DNA of 64,000 nucleotides from an uncultured Candidatus Saccharibacteria bacterium (GTDB lineage Bacteria; Patescibacteriota; Minisyncoccia; Minisyncoccales; Staskawiczbacteraceae): NCBI GenBank assembly GCA_964427585.1, contig CAYRVC010000004.1, positions 163 to 64,162 of the forward strand, read 5' to 3'. Shown piece by piece: positions 20,716 to 27,352 of this stretch (position 1 is its first letter; each line of letters starts with the position of its first letter). The notes under the pieces were generated by a model. It saw only the letters and a program-made list of their open reading frames with translations, ran no database searches and was not told where the DNA came from. The position numbers and the translations under genes were made by a program.

Positions 20716-22074
20716 ATGCCAGAAAAACCAAAGCCTGAAAACAAAGAAGAAATGGCGAATATGACTACCAGCGATATGGCTGATTATATTTCAAATAACC
20801 CTGATTTGCAGGAAGAGCTTTTCGGTAAACTTTTAGATGAAGGAGAAAAAGGGAAACTTAAAAATAAAATTACGGCAAAAATTGCATCAAAAGTTACAGA
20901 ACATCTGGGATTGCGGCCAGCGTCACTTAAAGAATTGATGCCAACTCAACCTTTCACCGAGGAAGAAGTTAAAGATATGGAAAGATTGGAGGAGTTGTCT
21001 GCTTTGGAAAAAAAGACAAAAGCGTTAGATATTGTTGCAAAAATTAATGAGTTAAAAACTGCTGCCGAAACTAAACAAGACTATCAAGAGCTTACTAAAC
21101 TGTATCAGCAGTTGGAAAAAATTTATGAAGGAAAAGAAGGGCAGGAATTAGAGCCTTGGTTAGCCCAGCAATATGAAAAACAAATTGATATCTTAAGAGA
21201 TGCATGTGGTTTTGAGTTAGAATCAGGTGAAGTTGGCATTACGGGAATAGATGGCAAGGATTACCCGGTGCCAACTCAAGAGGAAATCGCAGTTTTGGTA
21301 GCAGAAAATAGGGAGCTCATAGAGAAAAAGAAAGAGCAAGGGTTCACAAAATTACTGCTCGTTCCTTTTGGAATGAAGTTAGAATATTTAATTCATGCCT
21401 ACCAAGATGTGATTACTAAGCATAAGGAAACTAATAAACTTTTTACAGCAAAAAAAGATGCCAGCGACCCAAATGAGAAGTTAGTGCCTTTGGAACTTGA
21501 CGAAAGTAAACCAGTTTGGGTTTGGGATCAGTATGACAATGCTGATATTAATGGTAAATTAGTTTATCATCCTGAAAAATTTGATAAAAAGGACCATCAA
21601 GGAAAAACCAAAGGAGAATTACTGCAGCAAGGAGGCGGATGGAGTATTCTTCTGATTGAGGATATGCCCAATATTCCAGAAATAGATCCGAAAACTATCG
21701 GCGGAAGAACTCAAATTGATGCTTTCGGCAATGCCATGGAAAAATTCTTAAGCGGCAAAGAAGTTCCTACGCCCAAAGAGTATTTGAGTTTCCTGGATCA
21801 CTATGAAGCTTACCAAGGAGAACAGGGTATGACTCCAGAGGACCAGCTTATGTATGCAATCTCCCACTTAGAAGAAACTGACCAAGTCATAGATGACTAT
21901 CAAGGAAACGGAAAAATCTCTTATCAGATTGGCGCCTATTTCCCTTCGTCCGGCGGTGTGCCGGGCGCCTACTGGTACCGGGGCTTTCGCCAGGCCTACC
22001 TGTACGGGGACGACGTTGGCGATCGCAATGACAATTGTGGCGTCCGTTCCGCGGTGAGGATTAAAAAATCTTGA
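20716..22074 (+). CDS. DGR variable (target) protein 1; C-terminal lectin-like (DUF1566/CLec-type, inferred) ligand-binding domain; no signal peptide
   Basis: 452 aa. The C-terminus ...SYQIGAYFPSSGGVPGAYWYRGFRQAYLYGDDVGDRNDNCGVRSAVRIKKS carries VR1. It is a paralogue of 24647-26029 (shared blocks ELIEKKKEQGFTKLL.VPFGMKL, YHPEKFDK.DHQGKTK, GMTPEDQLMYAI). Confidence 0.85.
   Translation: MPEKPKPENKEEMANMTTSDMADYISNNPDLQEELFGKLLDEGEKGKLKNKITAKIASKVTEHLGLRPASLKELMPTQPFTEEEVKDMERLEELSALEKKTKALDIVAKINELKTAAETKQDYQELTKLYQQLEKIYEGKEGQELEPWLAQQYEKQIDILRDACGFELESGEVGITGIDGKDYPVPTQEEIAVLVAENRELIEKKKEQGFTKLLLVPFGMKLEYLIHAYQDVITKHKETNKLFTAKKDASDPNEKLVPLELDESKPVWVWDQYDNADINGKLVYHPEKFDKKDHQGKTKGELLQQGGGWSILLIEDMPNIPEIDPKTIGGRTQIDAFGNAMEKFLSGKEVPTPKEYLSFLDHYEAYQGEQGMTPEDQLMYAISHLEETDQVIDDYQGNGKISYQIGAYFPSSGGVPGAYWYRGFRQAYLYGDDVGDRNDNCGVRSAVRIKKS
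21943..22059 (+). other. DGR variable repeat VR1
   Basis: 117 nt colinear with the TR. Hand count gives 16 differences, all at TR adenines, and all non-A positions are identical. Confidence 0.9.
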
Positions 22075-22161
22075 TATTTAGGCTTTAACTTTTTCTTGCG
22101 TCTTATTTTTTAAACTTTTGAGTTTTTTGTAAAAGTATATTACAATGAAGCAATTATAACT

Positions 22162-22701
22162 ATGAAGATAAAGATTACTGAAAAAGATAAAAAACCAAGA
22201 AAAACGATGACTAAAACAAGCCAGGGGAAATCTGACGTAGTTGTTTTTTTTGAAGCATTGGAGAAAAATACATCCTTTGATTCACGAGAACCAAATAAGA
22301 TTCTGGCTGATTCCGGATTAATAATTCTAAAGAAAAGCAACAGCGCCGCTGTGGGAAATGCTTTAGGCGCTTTGCCGAAAGGAAAAGCGGTAACCATGAA
22401 ACTTGATAACCAATACTTCGCGGATGATTTTTTCAAAAAGTTAGTCATGGCAAACAGAGAGGGGCAATGGCTCATTGTTGAGTGCTCATGCGATCCGGCT
22501 CCAGCTGTTATTCAAACCCTAAAACAAATAAGCAGAGATAACGAATTCAGTATTTCTCATTTTGAGGGCAAGGAATTGCTTTCCATGAAAATGAATCCCA
22601 AGAGCCGGGTTGTGTTTTTAGTTGAAGATAGTGTTTTGGAAAAAGAGATAACTTACCCTTATTTTACAAATCTTTTTGGGCCAGTTTTGAGAGTTAAGTA
22701 A
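22162..22701 (+). CDS. hypothetical protein, possibly a degenerate AAA_5-like domain lacking Walker A
   Basis: 179 aa. QWLIVECSCDPAPAVIQTLKQISRDNEFSI...PKSRVVFLVE resembles the AAA_5 Walker B/sensor region. No GxxGxGK[ST]. Ends 8 nt before the AAA+ gene. Confidence 0.45.
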   Translation: MKIKITEKDKKPRKTMTKTSQGKSDVVVFFEALEKNTSFDSREPNKILADSGLIILKKSNSAAVGNALGALPKGKAVTMKLDNQYFADDFFKKLVMANREGQWLIVECSCDPAPAVIQTLKQISRDNEFSISHFEGKELLSMKMNPKSRVVFLVEDSVLEKEITYPYFTNLFGPVLRVK

Positions 22702-22709
22702 GAAAATAT

Positions 22710-24386
22710 ATGCCAGAAAATTTAAGATTTCAATCAGAAGACGAAATAAAAGAGCAGGAAACTCTTGAACGCCTCAAAGAGGAGGGTGGCATTTATTTTC
22801 GTCAAGAAACCAATCCAGAGAGCGGGGAAACCACTAATTTCGTAAATATTCTTGGCATTGAAGTTGAGACATATGCTTCGGAGGAAGATATTGAATCTAT
22901 TAAAAAAGAAATGATTCTTTCTCCCGTAGACCAAGATCTCTTGAGAACTATTGCTCAATGCTACAAATTACGCCAGCCGCTCTTATTTGAGGGAGACCCT
23001 GGCGCCGGGAAAACCTTTTTAATGGAGAAGCTCACTAAGTTGGTGCATGGCAAGGATGCTCCGGTATTAGAATTAGTGGGAACTCCAAGAACATCTGAAT
23101 TAGAAATTCTAGGCCATTGGGCTCCCAAAGGGCTTAAAGAAAAAGAAAGCCAGGAATATAAAGAGATTCTAAAAGATGTCATGGGCAAGGGCGAGCTTGC
23201 GGAGTTTCAAAAGCATTTAAATGAGGAACTGGAAAAGCTGAATGCTGATTTTTCAGATGGGAAAATTAATCAAGAAGAATTCCAGGCTGGCTTTGGTGAA
23301 ATTTCCCAAAAGTATGTTGAGGAATCAAAAAAGATTCTGCTAGAAGCTTCTCAAATGGCCAAGTTTTTAAAGCCTGAAGCTGAATGGGAATTTAAACAAG
23401 GAGCTTTATTGCAGGCCTATGCAGGCAAGGAGGGGAAGGGATATCCCTTAATTATTGATGAGTTTAATATTATTCCTTCAAACTATCAGCAGATATTTTT
23501 ACAGATTAGCGGAAGAGAGGGTGGAATGTCGGATGCCATAAATTTTTGGGGCAACAGTGGAAAAACCAGTTATAAACGCGGAAAAGATGCATGGATTTCT
23601 TTTGCCAGCAACTTTCCTGAAAAAACACCGGGCCGAAGCGAGGTTGTAGCCCCTATGACCGATAGGTTAGTTTGGAAAGTTATCCCTACGGAGGATGTCA
23701 CTAAAAAGAAGGAAGCAATTAAAAAGACTGCTGGAGGCAGGCTTACAAAAAGAACCGCAGAAGTCAGCACCTTTGCTGAAACTGAAATTCCTGTTGAAGA
23801 TAATGTTGAGTGGGACAAAGTTTTAGATGAGCAGTTGGGAGAACAAATAGCAGATATCGTTGATTTATTAGACACAGAGTTTGTAAAGTCCTACGAGCAA
23901 GTTGGCGATACGCTTAACATTAAGGGCGAGCAGAGGAGAAGAAATCAATCGATGGAATTTTCTGGTCGCAACCCTTTGCGCCTTTATTCTTATCTCGATA
24001 ATTTTCAGGTCAGGGATAAAAAAACCGGCTTTGTAGACTTTGCAGAAACTTTATCAAACGCGTTTGAAATGTATTATGTAAGCCGCCTTGCCAATGAAGC
24101 TACGCGAAAAAAGATGAATGCCTTGTTCCATCAAATCATGGAAGGAGATACCGGCAAAGCTAAATTTGAAGGGCAGGCAAGAACCAGGAAAGAAATATTA
24201 GCTATTTTATCAGAACGAGCCTCTTTGACTCCAGAAGCAGAAGAAAAAATAGAAGAACAATCTAAGGGAGCGCAGGAGAGAGAAATCCTTCAAGCTCGCC
24301 ATGCCGCCGAAGACGCTGAAGAAAAATTACTTGATAATCCCAATATTCCGGAAGAACTGAAAAGAATGCTTAAAGGAGAAAAGTAG
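22710..24386 (+). CDS. AAA+ ATPase, AAA_5/MoxR-like, with a long helical insert between Walker A and B
   Basis: 558 aa with Walker A LLFEGDPGAGKTF and Walker B YPLIIDEFNIIP, followed by ...ISFASNFPEKTPGRSEVVAPMTDRLVWKVI. Confidence 0.85.
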   Translation: MPENLRFQSEDEIKEQETLERLKEEGGIYFRQETNPESGETTNFVNILGIEVETYASEEDIESIKKEMILSPVDQDLLRTIAQCYKLRQPLLFEGDPGAGKTFLMEKLTKLVHGKDAPVLELVGTPRTSELEILGHWAPKGLKEKESQEYKEILKDVMGKGELAEFQKHLNEELEKLNADFSDGKINQEEFQAGFGEISQKYVEESKKILLEASQMAKFLKPEAEWEFKQGALLQAYAGKEGKGYPLIIDEFNIIPSNYQQIFLQISGREGGMSDAINFWGNSGKTSYKRGKDAWISFASNFPEKTPGRSEVVAPMTDRLVWKVIPTEDVTKKKEAIKKTAGGRLTKRTAEVSTFAETEIPVEDNVEWDKVLDEQLGEQIADIVDLLDTEFVKSYEQVGDTLNIKGEQRRRNQSMEFSGRNPLRLYSYLDNFQVRDKKTGFVDFAETLSNAFEMYYVSRLANEATRKKMNALFHQIMEGDTGKAKFEGQARTRKEILAILSERASLTPEAEEKIEEQSKGAQEREILQARHAAEDAEEKLLDNPNIPEELKRMLKGEK

Positions 24387-24395
24387 AACGAAAAA

Positions 24396-24420
24396 GCCCA
24401 TTTTATTAAAATGGGCTTTA
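24396..24420 (+). terminator. rho-independent terminator after the AAA+ gene
   Basis: gcccatttt-att-aaaatgggc stem-loop followed by ttt. Confidence 0.6.
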
Positions 24421-24535
24421 GTCTCACCCAAGGAGGGTAAGGGTGGGTTTTCTCTATCCCATGGCTAGAACCAGAGAAAACCCTTGTTCGGACGGGACTC
24501 CAGGAAGCGTGGCTAGCTTCCCTTTGTCCAACTCT
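24421..24535 (+). ncRNA. candidate structured RNA (unknown class)
   Basis: A GC-enriched island in an AT-rich spacer. Nested hairpins are caccc/gggtg, gggttttctct(24445-55)/agagaaaaccc(24473-83) and ggaagc-gtggcta-gcttcc. The motif tggctag occurs twice. Confidence 0.3.
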
Positions 24536-24646
24536 CCTTTTTTAAAGAACTTTAAAGCCATTATAGCATATTACAAATCCTTTTCAAGCCCCAAATAGCA
24601 AAAAATGTCAAATAGGCAATTTTAAGCCATTTTCATAAAAATAACT

Positions 24647-26029
24647 ATGCCGGAGCCAAGTGAACAACCAAAAGATCAGACGCCAGAAGAAGCTTTGGAG
24701 GTAGAAGAAGTTTTAGAAGCTGAACCCCACGAACCCATTATTGATGGGATTGTTTTTACTGAAGTTAAAAAGAAAAAGGGCGGTGTAGAATATAGAAGCA
24801 GCGATCCAAAGAGAAAAATTATCATGCTCTCTGAATCTTCAGAAAAACCAAAGCCCAATAAGCCATATAAAGTTAAAATCATAGAAGATACTGATCCTGG
24901 TGATCCAAATAAAGGAAAGCTGATTGGTGAAATTTATTACGAATCACGAGATGAAAAAGCCAAACAGTTTATTGAGGAAATTAACGCTTTAAAACAAACT
25001 GCTAAAACTAAAGAAGACTATCAGCAATTGGCGAGCCTTTACCAGCATCTTGAGGGGCTTTATGAATCAAAGGAGGGAGGCAAAGAACTGGAAGCCTCAC
25101 TGGCCTTGCAGTATGATAAACAGGTAGAAATTTTTTATAAGCTCAAAATACTAGTTAGGAATTTAGACTATGATATAGATAAAGAATCAATGAGTCCGGG
25201 GTCAATTAATGCAATAGATGGAAATGAGTACAAATTTCCTTCAAAGCTAGAGGTGGCGGAATTGATAGAAAAAAACAAAGAATTAATAGAAAAGAAAAAA
25301 GAGCAGGGGTTCACTAAACTGCTTGTGGTGCCTTTTGGAATGAAGCTGGACGAGTTGGCAAAAAAGTATGGAGAGCTTATCATAGAACATTTTAAAAATG
25401 GAACATTGCATGATTCTGAAGGAAAGAAAATTGAAAATTTGCGTAAGCAGGGCGAGGGCGATAGTCCTGCCAACGATGCAACTAAAAACAGTGAATATTA
25501 TCCGCTCTGGAAATGGGATAAATACACGAACGCCGATGAATCAGGCAATCTAGTTTATTACCCTGAAAAGTTTGATAAAAATAACCACCAAGGAAAAACC
25601 AAGGCAGAGGCGATAAAAGAACAGGGCGGCTGGAATATTATTTTAATTGAAGATATGCCCGATATTCCTCGCCAAGGAAAGGGCAAAACGGTGGGTGACA
25701 GGAAACAATTAGAAGCTAGGTCCACTCCAAAAGAATACTTGCAAGCGTTGGCTACTGATCCGGTGTATCAAGATGAATCTGGTATGACGCCTGAAGATCA
25801 GCTTATGTACGCTATTACCTATTTAGAAGAAAATCAAAAGGTTATGGATGACTATCGGGGCAAGGGATCGGTTTCTTATCAGATCGGCGCTTATTTCCCT
25901 TCGTCCGTCTTTGTGCCGAGCGCCTACTGGGACCGGGACATTCGCCAGGCCCGCCTGTTCAGGGACGGCGTTGACGATCGCTATGACAATTGTGGCGTCC
26001 GTTCCGCGGTGAGGATTAAAAAATCTTGA
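24647..26029 (+). CDS. DGR variable (target) protein 2, paralogue of target 1; no signal peptide
   Basis: 460 aa. The C-terminus ...SYQIGAYFPSSVFVPSAYWDRDIRQARLFRDGVDDRYDNCGVRSAVRIKKS carries VR2. Confidence 0.85.
   Translation: MPEPSEQPKDQTPEEALEVEEVLEAEPHEPIIDGIVFTEVKKKKGGVEYRSSDPKRKIIMLSESSEKPKPNKPYKVKIIEDTDPGDPNKGKLIGEIYYESRDEKAKQFIEEINALKQTAKTKEDYQQLASLYQHLEGLYESKEGGKELEASLALQYDKQVEIFYKLKILVRNLDYDIDKESMSPGSINAIDGNEYKFPSKLEVAELIEKNKELIEKKKEQGFTKLLVVPFGMKLDELAKKYGELIIEHFKNGTLHDSEGKKIENLRKQGEGDSPANDATKNSEYYPLWKWDKYTNADESGNLVYYPEKFDKNNHQGKTKAEAIKEQGGWNIILIEDMPDIPRQGKGKTVGDRKQLEARSTPKEYLQALATDPVYQDESGMTPEDQLMYAITYLEENQKVMDDYRGKGSVSYQIGAYFPSSVFVPSAYWDRDIRQARLFRDGVDDRYDNCGVRSAVRIKKS
25898..26014 (+). 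other. DGR variable repeat VR2
   Basis: 117 nt colinear with the TR. Hand count gives 15 differences, all at TR adenines. Confidence 0.9.
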
Positions 26030-26089
26030 TATTTGATCTTTGGATTCACTTTTTGTTTTATCTTTAAACTTTTGTTCGACGGCGAATAA

Positions 26090-26345
26090 ACCCATCTTGG
26101 GATGGGCTACCGTCAAGTCGTTTGCCAATTAAAAACGAGAATATATTGCTTCTGCAATAAAGGATAGTGTCCTGTATTGCCTGCGCCGTTTGAACATATG
26201 AACTTCAGTTCATATGTTCTGCACTATCCTCGGCAATAAAAATCGTAAGGCAATGATTTACACATAACTATAGATCCTCACGTGTGAGTAATGCTTGCCC
26301 CAAGAGTGGGGTAAAAGAACTGACCTGCTATTCACTTAGCAGGTC
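26090..26345 (+). ncRNA. highly structured spacer upstream of the TR (candidate part of the DGR RNA)
   Basis: Hairpins are cccatc-ttgg-gatggg (26091-26106); gaacatatgaac-ttca-gttcatatgttc (26192-26219), enclosed by ggatagtg(26162-69)/cactatcc(26222-29); a competing or pseudoknot pair tattgcc(26175-81)/ggcaata(26232-38); cccca-agag-tgggg (26298-26311); and gacctgct-attcactt-agcaggtc (26322-45). Confidence 0.35.
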
Positions 26346-26403
26346 GCGACTGCAAAAGGTGTAGATGCGTCTGTGCCTTTTGAAAGATAAGCATTATCAC
26401 CAG

Positions 26404-26520
26404 CCTTCGTCCGACAATGTGCCGAACGCCTACTGGAACCGGGACAATCGCCAGGCCAACCTGAACAGGAACGACGTTGACAATCGCAATGACAATTGTG
26501 GCGTCCGTTCCGCGATGAGG
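26404..26520 (+). other. DGR template repeat (TR)
   Basis: cct tcg tcc gac aat gtg ccg aac gcc tac tgg aac cgg gac aat cgc cag gcc aac ctg aac agg aac gac gtt gac aat cgc aat gac aat tgt ggc gtc cgt tcc gcg atg agg. About 30 adenines, mostly in AAC/AAT/GAC codons. It matches VR1 and VR2 except at adenines. Confidence 0.9.
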
Positions 26521-27018
26521 GTCTATGAGTTCACTGATTTTAACCAGCCGCCAAGCATTCTGCCCGTTTCGGCAAGTTTTGCTTGGATCTGGAATATTTT
26601 GGTTTCATTGGCAAGATCGAGTTCTAGGAATAGCCGTAACTTTAAGGTGGAAATTTCGATGTGGCTGGAAGCTTACCTTAGATATGGGGATGATTTTATT
26701 GTAATTTCAGAAAACTTAAAAAAATTGAAAGAGACCAGGGATACAGCAATTCGTTTTCTGGAAGACAATTTATTGTTAAAAATAAATAGCAAAAGTGATA
26801 TTATTGTAAAAGCAAAATGGGGGTTAAAGTTTTTGGGGGTCAAAATCTATCCAGGGGGTAGACATCTGAATAATAGGAATTTGCAGAGAATACATGATCG
26901 CATATCTTTGAAAAATGTTTCAAGTTATGCTGGCCTACTGAAGAAGCATAGCAATGATAGAAAGGTTAAATATTTTAATTGGCTACTGTTGGAGAAATTT
27001 TCTAACTATATTAATTGA
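26521..27018 (+). pseudogene. DGR reverse transcriptase, C-terminal fragment only (motif 5 YGDD, motifs 6-7, thumb)
   Basis: ...AYLRYGDDFIVISENLKKLKETRDTAIRFLEDNLLLKINSKSDIIVKAKWGLKFLGVKIYPGG.... The YGDD codons lie at 26683-26694. Motifs 1-4 are absent and no in-frame start is separate from the TR-spanning ORF 26365-27018. Confidence 0.65.
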
Positions 27019-27039
27019 ATCTAAAAATAGCAAACTCAA

Positions 27040-27135
27040 AAAGCCCGCCACAGGTAGTGGCCAAAGCCACTCGCACAGGTTTCCCTGTACGGCAGAAGAT
27101 GCGACCCCATGACGGGTTCTTTATGCATCTTCTGA
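27040..27135 (+). ncRNA. candidate structured RNA downstream of the RT remnant
   Basis: GC-enriched. Hairpins are gtggc-caaa-gccac (27057-70), acagg-tttc-cctgt, and a 10-bp stem cagaagatgc(27093-102)/gcatcttctg(27125-34) enclosing accc-catgac-gggt. Confidence 0.3.
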
Positions 27136-27147
27136 CTGTTGACTATG

Positions 27148-27172
27148 CTTTTGAATTTATTTCAAAAGTTTA
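27148..27172 (+). terminator. terminator-like hairpin
   Basis: cttttgaa-ttta-ttcaaaag followed by ttt. Confidence 0.45.
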
Positions 27173-27352
27173 GGCCACAATATTAAATTGTAATTTCATT
27201 TTACATTAAGGCAGGGTATTTTTCCAGCAGTAAAATTAAAAATATTAGTAATCTTTTTTGTGAAAAAGAAAGTATTGTATAAAGGCAGATTTTTTGATAT
27301 AATTAATTATAGCAATAATGTAATTTAGAGTTTTAAATTAATAATTATCGTT

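Larger units (their letters stand above)
20716..27018 (+). mobile_element. diversity-generating retroelement locus (target 1/VR1, accessory genes, target 2/VR2, TR, RT remnant)
   Basis: TR/VR1/VR2 triple repeat with adenine-only substitutions, plus a YGDD reverse-transcriptase fragment. See the individual features. Confidence 0.85.

Noticed and set aside
22162-22701. The 179-aa ORF as the DGR accessory protein Avd
   Set aside because: Avd proteins are ~110-130-aa basic four-helix bundles. This sequence instead shows beta-alpha AAA-like segments and is coupled to the ATPase gene. No convincing Avd candidate was found.
24421-24535. SRP (4.5S) RNA or tRNA-like gene
   Set aside because: ccaggaagcgtgg superficially resembles the SRP helix-8 GGAAGCAGCC segment, but the GNRA tetraloop/symmetric-loop arrangement and pairing partner are not present. 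No cloverleaf can be drawn. It is kept only as an unclassified structured-RNA candidate.
26365-26520. Asn-rich N-terminus of ORF 26365-27018 as a genuine protein segment
   Set aside because: It is the DGR template repeat read through by the ORF finder. The AAC/AAT richness reflects template adenines, not a selected protein sequence.
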